This document shows positions 40,447 to 53,176 of a stretch of DNA of 64,000 nt, piece after piece. This DNA comes from Balanoglossus misakiensis (Eukaryota > Animalia > Hemichordata). A model generated the notes under the pieces. That model saw nothing but the letters and a program-made list of their open reading frames with translations. It did not search any database and was not told the DNA's origin. Location of the stretch: NCBI GenBank assembly GCA_040954595.2, contig CM082587.2:10049403-10113402 (forward strand), written 5' to 3'. How positions within the stretch are numbered: the first letter of the stretch is position 1; each line of letters starts with the position of its first letter. The translations under genes and the position numbers were made by a program.

Positions 40447-41950
40447 AGGCACATAAGCTGCAACTTTTGGGATAATTATCATAATTTTTGTTTCAAACTG
40501 CACTACCATTAGTCCATGCAGATGAAGGCAGTGAACTATACACAAGCATTATAAACCCTAAATATGAGTGCATATGCAAGTTTTAACCAGATAAATAATA
40601 AAGCTTTGCCGCAAGCAAATATGGCCGTCACCGTGGGAAAAAGCAATGAAAATGTTGCATTTCCGGTTGTGAAACTTCATAAACAAAACATGATCTCATC
40701 CACTTGAGCTCATGGAAGTATATGTACACTGCTGTGACATTATATTTTCCTTTTTCATTGTAATATTGCACTTTTTTTAACAATTGCAGGAATTTTCGTT
40801 TTTCTTTAATTTTTGGCCATTTTGCCATAAATACCGTATATTCTCGCAATTAAGCGCCACCCATGATTAGGCGCCAGTGATACCTGACTTTGCTACTTTT
40901 TACTTAAAATTAAGCGCCAGGAATTTTTTTTAATTTGAGGTGTGTGGACGTACGTGAATCATGGCAAGTACTACCAGGGTTTAGGGATCTTGTCAAAATC
41001 AACGGGGGCTTGCTGCGTGAATAATAATTGACCTGAGCAGACAATGCATGCTTTGGGCTGATGTGCTATTTATTTACAAGATGAAATCGGGCACATGTCA
41101 ACCTCCTGATTTATGTAAATAATTATTCACTGCAAAAGACACAGGTGCCGGGCGTCTAGACACTTGTCTTTTTCCTGTCGATCGATCGGCAGCCGCTTAC
41201 GTTACCGGCACTACCACCCAAGTTTGACCATATGGCCAGGGCTTTGAAATAATAGGACTTGTTTCAAGTTGTGAATGTTTGCGGTATTAATTTTCTCATG
41301 AATATTCACGCAACGTGAGTATTCAGGCAACCTTGCCTGACCTTACATGTGTGAGAGCATGTGATTACAAAGACGCACTTGGACTAAACCACTATACGTC
41401 AGTAGATTTTGTTGATGGTTCAGCCAGCATACTGTAATGCTGCTCGTAGTATTCACTTCGTTGACAACTTTATATTTCTGGAATATTTATTAGACAATAC
41501 ATTGAACTGACTGTATTTGAATAGAAAATGTTAAAACTTTACATATGAATTCGAAACAGCCATTCAGTCACTGCGGACACCCCCTTAGGAGAACACTCAT
41601 TGGAACGTCCCAAATCATTTGCATATGAATTAACAGGGTACAGTACATATATATACAGGGCGACCCATGAAAAAGCGCCACCGGTTCTTGAAAGACTCAT
41701 TTCTGCCTTTGTTTAGGCGCCACCAAAATTTGAAATGGTTAAAAAGTGGCGCTTATTTGTGAGAATATACGGTAAGTGTTGAGCTTGATATATCATCATG
41801 AAATATCATTTAATAGACATAATTAAAAGTATATATGAGATTATTTAAAACTTTAATTTTTTTATCCAGTTGCAGCTCATAAAATTGTACCTTTAAGCTA
41901 TGACCCCATCTTATTGTGGAATTTTTTATCCAGTTGCAGCTCATGTACCT
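40447..41950. mobile_element. Kolobok-type non-autonomous element with a duplicated right end and nested MITE
   Basis: TTAA|AGGCACATAAGCTGCAAC ... GTTGCAGCTCATGTACCT|TTAA. A second right-end copy ends at 41892. Confidence 0.7.
40834..41772 (+). mobile_element. pogo/Tc2-like MITE (CCGT termini, TA TSD), copy A
   Basis: TA|CCGTATATTCTC.CAA.TAAGCGCCAC ... GTGGCGCTTA.TTGTGAGAATATACGG|TA. Confidence 0.92.
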
Positions 41951-43269
41951 TTAATATGGAGCAATAACGACCAAAAATAACCACATGCAGTTCCCACCCA
42001 TCACCGGACTCATGCCATCTATGACAATTTGATAGATACAAATTTGAAAGTAATTAGCAAAAACGAACAGCGATGAGCAATAAAAAGCAAGAGATACATA
42101 ACATGAATAAATAACGAGCCACTAATATGACCTGTCAAGAAATTACCCCACTATCACATAAAGAGATCTCTTTATGTGTTAGTAGGGTATATGGCAAGGA
42201 CTGAACATAGCGTAAGCGCTCGTATGACGTGAAACGGGGAGATTATCTGAGCTGTTGATTTTTCGATTTTAGCTACTTTACAGTACGGAATACTAACAAA
42301 GCATTTTTTCTGACGCCTGTGGTTTCCAATGATGAATATAAGCAGCATATAAGTCACGTTCCACGAGTTAGCTTGACACACAACCTGAGTTGCTCGGTGT
42401 CTGTTCAGATTTTGGAGCATGCCCCACATTATCAGTTTGCCTTGAATAAACTTTGACATCTCCACAACACATTATTAAGTTTTTATTTTCTGAACTAGCT
42501 GTGGACTCCGGAAAAATATTGGCGAAATTGTTTTTGACCAAAAATTGTCTGTACAAACACATATAATGACCAACTTCTTTCAGTCAGCCCTGTAACAGAC
42601 AGGCAGACACACAGACAGACAGAGACGTTCACTGACGTGCCATTCACTCTTAAAATATTTAATAGATGGTGGTCTCTGTAACAGCTGGCCTATTAAAGTT
42701 ATGTAAACATGTCTAAGTTGGGGGTACCAACTCCTTGTAAAGAGTAACTTTCAAAGCAACTGAACAATTGGTTTTGGAGAAGTTTTGATATAAACCAAAA
42801 AGAAATTTATGAAACGCAATCCAACAATCAGTTTCACAGAAAACAATTTTTGAATGTTCAAAAGTGGCAAAAAAACACAAATGTGCAAATATCTCCATAA
42901 TTGTACAATATCTTCAATCACCTCAAGGAACATGTCTGCCATAGTTTATAGCAATGTGACAAGCGGTTTCAGAGAAAACAATTTTTGACAAAAATTGCAA
43001 ATTTTTTACCAATCTTGCAATTATGCAAATATCGCAAATTGTTTTACACCATCTTTTTTGGGTTATCTCTAGGAACACGCCTAACAAATTTCAAACTTCA
43101 AAGCACTCTGACATGCAGTTTTGCAACAATTTAAACAAAAAAAATATGGTAAATCAGACAACCTGTAAGAAGCTTCATACTAAATTTCAAGAAAGTCAGC
43201 CTATCACTTCAGAAATGAAGATTTTTTTACTGATAATGTGGAAAAAAGACAAAAAAATAATAAGACTTA

Positions 43270-44007
43270 GGGAGCATTCGTTTTTTACAGGGAGGGGGGG
43301 GCCGGTGGAATTTGAGTCGCCGACTAAATGTAAAAGGCAACCCCCCCTGGAAATTACTTTTCTAAAATGTGACCCCCCCCCCCCCCAAAAAAAAAATAAA
43401 GTTTATCCACCGGATTAAACTTATCATGGACACAGCGCTCCCATGAAAAGAATTTGAAACCGATGTTTCCTCTCATCAGTGGGTAGTAAAACTGAACATT
43501 GTTTTTTTTTTTTAGTATTTGTATTCTGTGTTGGGAGACATTGTAAACCGAGAATTGAAGGGGGTGGGTTTGGGAGGGGGTGTCCCCCTCCCACGTAAGA
43601 AAATTTTATAAAATACAGAGCTCAAAGCTGCATTTTAATGAACCCAGCAAAAGCAAATTAACGTCGCCGCTCAAAGTTATCATGGGGTGGGGGCAAGTCC
43701 CCTGACCTGGGACACTAGATAAACCAGTCAATGATTGTAAGGTGTTGATGAATGGAGGGGGTGGGTGTGGGAGGGGGTGTCCCCCTCCCACATTAGAAAA
43801 TTTTGTAAAATAAAGGACGCGAAACTGCATTTTTGTGGACTCAAAATAAATATTTAGCCGTCAAAGTTTTCAAGTCCCCCCTTTCAGTCCCTATATAATA
43901 ATCCCTTGATTATAAAATTTGTCCCCCCCTAAAAACTGCTTTGTAAAAGTAAACCCCCCCCTGATTTCCACCGGCCCCCCCCCTCCCTGTAAAAAACGAA
44001 TGCTCCC
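43270..44007. mobile_element. PIF/Harbinger-type MITE (TTA TSD)
   Basis: TTA|GGGAGCATTCGTTTTTTACAGGGAGGG ... CCCTCCCTGTAAAAAACGAATGCTCCC|TTA. Confidence 0.9.
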
Positions 44008-44346
44008 TTAAGGCCAGGAAGAAAAAAATAAATTGTTCATGGAATTGCTGCTTCTACTTTGGCTGTTTTGGAATTTTTATTGTTTTGGATCGTGGCAAAT
44101 TCTTACTTAGAACTGCATTACAAATATTCTTAGTACTGCCTTTGGTGGCGCCCTACACTTTCTCAGGTTTTCGCGAGCACAGGATTTTGAATTAGACTTC
44201 CGACATGTTTGGACTGAGTTGACCGCAAACACATTGTTCTGATGTCTGAATTTGGGCGAATGACAACGCAAAGTGGGTAGCTTTGGGCACAAATTTCCTC
44301 GTTCTATATTAGTACATGTTGGTACATGTCACATCATGAGTATTAA

Positions 44347-45079
44347 GGTGGCATTGCATGAAAAGTTGTGATTTTTGCCAAATTTTACTTTTTTACATAA
44401 ATCGGTAGGCCTAATACTCACCCACATCCTGACTAATACGTCTTGGCGGAAATGGTGCACAATCACCCCCAAATAGCACTTTTCTGAATGAGTTCACAGA
44501 TTAACAAATAGGTGTCAACAATGCAAATGGCCGTTTTTCTCGGTTTGCATTTTCGCTGCTTTTGACAACTTCGGACTAAAATAGCTTCGCCCTGCATTGG
44601 CCGAATTTGCTCAAATTTTGACAGGGAATTGTGTATGACCCATCCAACAAAACGCTAGTTTTGTTTGTCGATAAAGTGTCCCTGGCGGGAATAAACTCTG
44701 ATTCAATACAACTCACCGTGAATTTGATCAAATTTTCAGAAAATCTAACTTTCAAACGCTGTTACTCCTCAATGGAAGCAGATAACGCAAAACAAAATTA
44801 GCGTTTTTTTGCATGTGTACTTTAGTTTCGAATGACATATTAAGATGCATGATGCATGGTCAACTTTTTTACCTATTTTAAATTTCATGACATAATATCA
44901 AAAAATGGGTTTTTTCACCCAAAATCGCCACCATTTCCGGGGATCAATAATATTTGCAACTCAAACAAAAGTTCAAAATCTCAGCTTCCAGAATATATAT
45001 TGTTTATGGGGGTTTAAACTTTGTCTTTGATGAGAAATAGGCCTCTGAAAAAGTCTCGACGGTTTCATGCAGTGCCACC
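44347..45079 (+). mobile_element. Kolobok-type MITE (GG..CC, TTAA TSD), copy B
   Basis: TTAA|GGTGGCATTGCATGAAA ... TTTCATGCAGTGCCACC|TTAA. Confidence 0.9.
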
Positions 45080-46156
45080 TTAAGTTGATCACCTACATTC
45101 GATGTGACGACAAACAGATTTGTTCGAAAGACGCTATTCAGTGTTTGTCCTGATGTTTCGTTCTGTAATTTGTTTAACAAGATCGTCACAGCAGATTGAT
45201 GGTGCATTTGATTGAATGAAAATTACATCAAAAGTATAAAAATATATGACAGTGACAAAACACATGGTTGTGTTGATGTTATAGCAGGATCTGAGGTATC
45301 AAATCTGCAGCGAGTTCAACATGAAGTCTGTAGTTTCCAATGTGTTTACTTCTGGCAATCAATTTGCACACAAAGCCATTCCATCTACTTCTGCCTGTAC
45401 AGCACCATCTGATACTGGCAGCCACATTTAAAATGCGATTTTAATCATGATGTCCACTGTTACTGAAGTCGGTCTGCCTGACAAAATAGATGGTTTCCAC
45501 AAACTATTACAATGATATTATTCAGCTGTTTGATGAACTTGGTGCAGACTGGAACAAATTAGACATGGCTACCGTGACCAGAAGAGTGTGTGTGCAGTGA
45601 GAGATAGTCTGTACAGTGTTGTTAGACCATTGTGTAAAAAATGTAGAGACAGTTGTAAAGAGACCAAGAGATGGGGCTAAAGTAAAATGAAAAACATTCA
45701 AATGCGAGGTCCCACCAGGACAATATTAAAGGACAATACTAAATTGTTGGATTTCAGTGATTTGCTGTGCATTTTATTTTATTCTGAGAGCCTGTTGAAA
45801 TACTTGTGCAAACACCAACTGTAAATGTAATTGCCTATATGTTATTATTGGGAAATATAGTATTGAATTCAGTTACAAGTACAGTACATGTATCAGAGAT
45901 ATTTCTGGTTAAAATGGAAACAATTATCTCGCAATGTCTGCATCTGTGCCAATATGCCAGAGAACCACGGTTTACCTTCAGCCTAAAAAAAATTAAATTT
46001 TTTTTTTCGCTCGCCGCTCCTGGAACTAGGGCCAAAAAATCCAATGAACAAGATTTTTTTTCTCTGGCCTAACATCAATATAAGTGTTTGCTGCTCCATT
46101 TTATGTAGATGGGAATTTATATGGGGTTTGTAAAGTTTCTTCACACATTCAGAGTA

Positions 46157-47092
46157 CCGTATATTCTCACAAATAAGCGCCACTTTTTAACCATTTCAAA
46201 TTTTGGTGGCGCCTAAACAAAGGCAGAAATGAGTCTTTCAAGAACCGGTGGCGCTTATTCATGGGTCGCCCTGTATATATATACTGCACCCTGTTAATTC
46301 ATATGCAAATGATTTGGGACGTTCCAATGAGTGTTCTCCTAAGGGGGTGTCCGCAGTGAATGAATGGCTGTTTCGAATTCATATGTAAAGTTTTAACATT
46401 TTCTATTCAAATACAGTCAGTTCAATGTATTGTCTAATAAATATTCCAGAAATAAAAAGTTGTCAACGAAGTGAATACTACAAGCAGCATTACAGTATTC
46501 TGGCTGAACCATCAACAAAATCTACTGACGTATAGTGGTTTAGTCCAAGTGCGTCTTTGTAATCACATGCTCTCACACATGTAAGGTCAGGCAAGGTTGC
46601 GTGCATACTCACTTTGCGTGAATATTCATGAGAAAATTAATACCGCAAACATTCACAACTTGAAACTAGTCCTATTATTTCAAAGCCCTGGCCATATGGT
46701 CAAACTTGGGTGGTAGTGCTGGTAACGTAAAGCAGCTGCCGATCGATCGACAGGAAAAAGACAAGTGTCTAGACGCCGGGCACCTGTGTCTTTTGCAGTG
46801 AATAATAATTTACATAAATTAGGAGGTTGACATGTGCCCGATTTCATCTTGTAAATAAATAGCACATCAGCCCAAAGCATGCATTGTCTGCTCAGGTCAA
46901 TTATTATTCACGCAGCAAGCCCCCGTTGATTTTGACAAGATCCCTAAACCCTGGTAGCACTTGCCATGATTCACGTACGTCCACAAACCTCAAAAAAAAA
47001 ATTTCCTGGCGCTTAATTTTAAGTAAAAAGTAGCAAAGTCAGGTATCACTGGCGCCTAATCATGGGTGGCGCTTAATTGTGAGAATATACGG
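46157..47092 (-). mobile_element. pogo/Tc2-like MITE, copy A' (inverted relative to 40834-41772)
   Basis: Full-length reverse complement of copy A with few differences, TA on both sides. Confidence 0.92.
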
Positions 47093-47693
47093 TATGTCAG
47101 TTCACATAGATGAAAACATCTAAGTCAACGCACAACATTTCAAGTTATGCAAAAACTAACCAACACTTGAGCACAAATACCAAGAACATCAAACCAGCGT
47201 GAACGAAGTCATTGACAATGACTTTTTTCCAGCAATGATATGAAATTAAACAACTGTTTAGTTCCATGGAAATGGTCATGATAATTGACACTGATTGCAT
47301 AACTTCAGATGACTATTATGAAATTGGAAACGATCGTCATTTCCACAGTATTTGTGATTACCCATTCTGTCAATTTCTAGGATGTTATTGGTCATTACTG
47401 CAAATTTCTGCTCATTACTGCTCGTTACAAGTTTTACAAACACCCAGAAGTCATTTAGAAAGGCACAACATAACAAGTCCATGAAAACTAAGCATGAATC
47501 ATTGTCATGTAGCCTGCATAAAGTAAAACTTGATGGATTCTTACACAATTTGCATTACATGGCCTGTGTACTGCAAAGACAAAGCCTGGAGTTATAGAGG
47601 GTGTTTGTATCGCGGGAAGCTGTCTTTTGTGTCACATGCAGTCAAATTACTCCTCATTTTCCTGAACTACATCTGTTTGCTTTTTTCAGACAC

Positions 47694-48578
47694 GAGAAAC
47701 TAGATGCTGGTTAGCAGGATGGAGAACACTGATCTGTGTGCCACCTGGCAGATTGAAGTCCGACTACCAATAGTACCATGCAGAAACTAGATGCTGGTTT
47801 GCAGGATGGAGAACACTGATCTGTGTGCCACCTGGCAGATTGAAGTCCGACTACCAATAGTACCATGCAGAGACTAGATGCTGGTTTGCAGGATGGAGAA
47901 CACTGATCTGTGTGCCAACTGGCAGATTGAAGTCCGACTACCAATAGTACCATGCAGAGACTAGATGCTGGTTTGCAGGATGGAGAACACTGATCTGTGT
48001 GCCAACTGGCAGATTGAAGTCCGACTACCAATAGTACCATGCAGAAACTAGATGCTGGTTTGCAGGATGGAGAACACTGATCTGTGTGCCAACTGGCAGA
48101 TTGAAGTCCGACTACCAATAGTACCATGCAGAAACTAGATGCTGGTTTGCAGGATGGAGAACACTGATCTGTGTGCCAACTGGCAGATTGAAGTCCGACT
48201 ACCAATAGTACCATGCAGAAACTAGATGCTGGTTTGCAGGATGGAGAACACTGATCTGTGTGCCAACTGGCAGATTGAAGTCCGACTACCAATAGTACCA
48301 TGCAGAAACTAGATGCTGGTTTGCAGGATGGAGAACACTGATCTGTGTGCCAACTGGCAGATTGAAGTCCGACTACCAATAGTACCATGCAGAAACTAAA
48401 TGCTGGTTTGCAGGATGGAGAACACTGATCTGTGTGCCACCTGGCAGATTGAAGTCCGACTACCAATAGTACCATGCAGAAACTAGATGCTGGTTTGCAG
48501 GATGGAGAACACTGATCTGTGTGCCAACTGGCAGATTGAAGTCCGACTACCAATAGTACCAAGCAGAAACTAGATGCT
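47694..48578. repeat. Tandem array, 87-bp unit, ~10 copies, with diverged units to ~48750
   Basis: AAACTAGATGCTGG at 47697, 47784 etc. Starts immediately after the splice acceptor at 47689. Confidence 0.95.
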
Positions 48579-50549
48579 GCGTTGCAGGATGGCGGAGATT
48601 GATTTGTATGCCACCATAGCAGAGGAATGCGGCCAGATGATTTGGACCAGAAGTCCCACTACCATGCAGAAACTAGATGCAGGATGGCGAATATTGATCT
48701 CCATGCCAACTGGCAAAGATGATTTGGACCAGAAGTCCCACTACCATGCAGTCTCCATGATGCCTCATCTGTCAACAGAGCTCCGTAGACGCATGGACTC
48801 CCAGCTTGCAGTGCTTACGGTAGTTTTGGGGGCATCCCTGCAATGCATTTTTATATAATTGTGTAAATTTAGTTAATTTCAGTGTACACATCTGTATTTG
48901 AACAGTTTATTTATATAGGTATATTAAGTTATTTTGTCAGTTGTTACTTGTAGTTATAGTTAGTTATAATATAGTATAGTTATAGGGTATTTATGTTTGT
49001 TTGTTTGTTTGTTTGTGTGGTGTAAGTGTGTGTGTCATTCAACGTGTGGGGTACATGTTTATAATACCACGGTCACACTGGTAAAAATTTGCAACGTTTC
49101 GGAGACACTATTTGCCTTTTGTAAACACAGAGAATTAATCCTTTGAGTCGCTTGTGTCCACACACATAAAGTTTATGTATAGGCGCTGAGGCTCGGCCCC
49201 ATAGACAATGGGTTGCGGAGAGGTGTTAATCCTTACATCAGGTCTGGTTGCCAAAACCGTCTCAAAATTGATAACCAGTGATTCAAATTGCCCATTTGAC
49301 ATCAAACCTTCAATATTCATAAAAGATGTCAATTTTCTATGAGTTACAATTATTGTTTTTATAATGTACAGAAAAGTTTACATTGGATCACTTAATCATT
49401 CAGCCATTTATTTTCTTTGATTTTGAATATATCAAGTTTTGTTTACACTTCCCTGACTGTGTGCTTTACGATAAAATAGTACACTTGACGTCAGGGGTAC
49501 CATGTGCAAATGTCCACTACCGAGCTTGGAGTAGGAATTCTTGAGCATTCAGAAAAAAAAAATCTCTGCATTCAGAAATTTTTTTTCTCTGTCATTCAAT
49601 TTTGATTTTGAATATATCTCATTTGTTTACACATGGTTCCATGACTGTGAGTTTTAAGATACACATTTTCATTGATTTGTTTCACAGTATAATCTAATGT
49701 GGCTGTTGGTCCACATTGAATGGTACTGTGACGTGTTGTCTGCAGTGAGGTTTGATACAGCTCCCAGCAGACACCACTTTGTGTGAATTTCTTCACGTCA
49801 TCGCCAATTTGTCTCTTTTGTGGGTTATTTGTTTGGTGTTATGATTTCGCCCCTTTAACTGTCGATCCAGTAGAGACAGTGTCATTAACAATGGATTGCC
49901 ATGCATAACTTGACGAGGAGAGTCCATGGAAAATCAGTTTTATTCAAGAACTGGATTAGGTGGAGCCTTGGAAGACTAAATCGTAGAATTTGTAATAATA
50001 ACCGTTGACCCTTTGATACAAGGTGTCAGTTAAGAATTTGGAGTCGCTTACTGGTAAAATTTCAGATAATGTGGACCATGAAATTGAGAGTTCGTTCCTA
50101 GGTAGAGTTGACTTTTCAGAGCCCTCTGACTCAGAGCCCTCTGACTCAGAGCCCCTCAGAGCCCTCTGAAGTTTCAGAACCTCAGAACCCGGACCTCAGA
50201 ATTCTTGTTGACCTCAGATATGACCCCAAAATGTACCTGTATAATTAAATTTAATGATTACAAATGGGTATAATGTTGCCAAAATTACTCCCGCTGAAAA
50301 TACGACGTACTACGTTGTATGGCAAGTGCGAGATCGTGACTGCCTATTACCCGCCATATTTGTTTTCGAAGTTTATGTCGATTTCAGATTCAGATTCAGC
50401 CAGGGATTCCGATTCACCAGTAACGCGCTACTTTTCTTTTTTTGCTTGCATTGCATTACAAATATAAACGTATTTTGTAGCACACAACAAAATAAATCGC
50501 AAGAAGAAACACCAAAAGAAGAGAATTTGGAAATCAATTCAATACTTAA

Positions 50550-51273
50550 TGTGGTATTGCACGAAACCGTCAAGACTTTTTCAAAGGCCTATTCTCTTCA
50601 AAGACAATAATTATTAAAACCCCTATAAACCATACATATTCTGGAAGCTGAGTTTTTGAACTTTTGATTGAGTTGCACATTTCATTGACCCCCGGAAATG
50701 GTGGCGTTTTTTGGTTAAAAAAAGCATTTTTTTGATATTATGTCATTCAATTGAAATTAGGTAAAACGGTTGGCCATGCATCATGCATCTTAGTATGTCA
50801 TTCGAAACTAGAGTACACATGCAAAAAAACAAAATTTAGTTTAGCGTTATCTGCTTCCATTGAGGAGTAACAGTGTTTGCAAGTTAGATTTTAAGAAAAT
50901 TTGATCAAATTCACAATGAGTTGTATTGAATCAGATTTTATTCCCGCCAAGGACACTTTATCGACTAAAAAAATTTGTTTTGTTAGATGGGTCCATACAC
51001 AATCCCCTGTTAAAATTTGAGCAAATTAGGCCAACGCAGAGCGAAGCTAAATTCTTCTGAAGTTGTCAAGAGCAGCAAAAAGGCAAACTGAGAAAAACAG
51101 CCATTTGCATTGTTGACACCTATTTGTTAAGCTGTGAACTCATTCAAAAAAGTGCTATTTTTGGGTGATTCCGCTAAGACCCATTTGTCAGAATGTGGAA
51201 CAATATTAGACCTACCGATTTATGTAAAAAAAGTAAATTTGGCAAAAATCACAATTTTTCATGCAATGCCACC
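50550..51273 (-). mobile_element. Kolobok-type MITE, copy B' (inverted, more diverged), nested in the Mutator-like element
   Basis: Reverse complement of 44347-45079, TTAA at 50546-50549 and 51274-51277. Confidence 0.88.
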
Positions 51274-51667
51274 TTAAATAAGAATTTAATTATTTGTCAA
51301 TCAGAATAAAGCCCATGGAAAATATTTTGGATTTGCCAGTCATTCAAATTAATGACTTTTTGACAAACTTTGTGTCCTCACACAGTGCGCTTATTCTCCT
51401 TCCATTAGGATTAATTCTATAGGTTTGCTGTATGTCAAATGCGTATATATTTCTTGCTAAAAATTTATAAACAAGCAGTTAAATTTCAAAGAGTTTATTC
51501 CAAAACAAGAAAAAACAATAAATACATACATAATATGTAAACATGAATAATATCAAATCACTTTTGATAAAAAATAATCTAGGCAATGAAAACAAGTTTC
51601 TGAAGAAAGTTTTCTTGTTATAATAGCCACATCATATCTGCATGATCAATATTACCACAATGATACT

Positions 51668-53176
51668 CAGTCGGCCCGATCGCCAAAAAAGGAAATCTCA
51701 TGAATATTTAAATAAAGTGTCAAAGGTAACTTTTCGCCCAATCAGATTCCTGGTTTTTGACTCATGCATATCAGTTCTATAGAAAATATGCATACCCTTA
51801 GTTTTAGTTCAATTAAATAAAATTTACGTCGCCTAAATGCCCAGGATTTTGTCCGAGGATACATTGATACACGCTCTAGCGATCTACCGATGCGTTTTGA
51901 AATCGACCGTTGCGTTTTTTAGCGACAGTTGATAATTTCTGCCATGCCCAAGTCCCCACTGTCGACAACGGCGATGATGGCTATTCTTGTATGCTTCTGA
52001 AGTTTTAGTGCGGGGTCTTAGTTCAATTAAATAAAATCTACGTCGCCTAAACGCTCAGGATTTTGTCCGAGGACACATTGATACACGCTCTAGCGATCTA
52101 CCGATGCGTTTTGAAATCGACCGTTGCGTTTTTTAGCGACAGCTGATAATTTCTGCCATGCCCAAGTCCCCACTGTCGACAACGGCGATGATGGCTATTC
52201 TTGTATGCTTCTGAAGTTTTAGTGCGGGGTCTTAGTTCAATTAAATAAAATCTACGTCGCCTAAACGCTCAGGATTTTGTCCGAGGACACATTGATACAC
52301 GCTCTAGCGATCTACCGATGCGTTTTGAAATCGACCGTTGCGTTTTTTAGCGACAGCTGATAATTTCTGCCATGCCCAAGTCCCCACTGTCGACAACGGC
52401 GATGATGGCTATTCTTGTATGCTTCTGAAGTTTTAGTGCGGGGTCTTAGTTCAATTAAATAAAATCTACGTCGCCTAAACGCTCAGGATTTTGTCCGAGG
52501 ACACATTGATACACGCTCTAGCGATCTACCGATGCGTTTTGAAATCGACCGTTGCGTTTTTTAGCGACAGCTGATAATTTCTGCCATGCCCAAGTCCCCA
52601 CTGTCAACAACGACGATGATGGCTATTCTTGTATGCTTCTGAAGTTTTAGTGCGGGGTCTTAGTTCAATTAAATAAAATCTACGTCGCCTAAACGCTCAG
52701 GATTTTGTCCGAGGACACATTGATACACGCTCTAGCGATCTACCGATGCGTTTTGAAATCGACCGTTGCGTTTTTTAGCGACAGCTGATAATTTCTGCCA
52801 TGCCCAAGTCCCCACTGTCGACAACGGCGATGATGGCTATTCTTGTATGCTTCTGAAATTTTAGTGCGGGGTCTTAGTTCAATTAAATAAAATCTACGTC
52901 GCCTAAATGCCCAGGATTTTGTCCGAGGATACATTGATACACGCTCTAGCGATCTACCGATGCGTTTTGAAATCGACCGTTGCGTTTTTTAGCGACAGCT
53001 GATAATTTCTGCCATGCCCTCACTATATACACAAGGAGCTCCGTGCTATATACACTGGCCTTGTTGACATTCCTTCGCGCGTGTCATTTGTGCATATTTC
53101 TGATTGGGCAAAACGTTACCTTTGACACAAATTTAAATATTCATGAGATTTCCTTTTTTGGTGATCGGGCCGACTG
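51668..53176. mobile_element. Unclassified TIR element (CAG termini, ~78-bp TIRs, 5-bp TSD ATACT)
   Basis: ATACT|CAGTCGGCCCGATC.CCAAAAAAGGAAATCTCATGAATATTTAAAT ... ATTTAAATATTCATGAGATTTCCTTTTTTGG.GATCGGGCCGACTG|ATACT. Confidence 0.85.
51804..53018. repeat. Tandem array, 214-bp unit, ~5.7 copies
   Basis: GTTCAATTAAATAAAA at 51807, 52021, 52235, 52449, 52663, 52877. Confidence 0.95.

Larger units (their letters stand above)
30600..48860 (+). other. Putative multi-exon spliced transcript (orphan small-protein gene, pseudogene or lncRNA)
   Basis: Co-oriented polypyrimidine-AG acceptors and GTAAGT/GTATG/GTAGGT donors define exons: ..30694, 31050-31117, 32076-32141, 33404-33442, 33817-33850, 37941-38135, 40042-40160 and 47690... 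A CpG-rich region at ~30.2-30.7 kb lies upstream. Outer boundaries are approximate. Confidence 0.55.

Noticed and set aside
47711-48562. 283-aa repeat protein on the minus strand
   Set aside because: 87-bp DNA repeat open in one frame by chance. Splice signals here point to the opposite strand.
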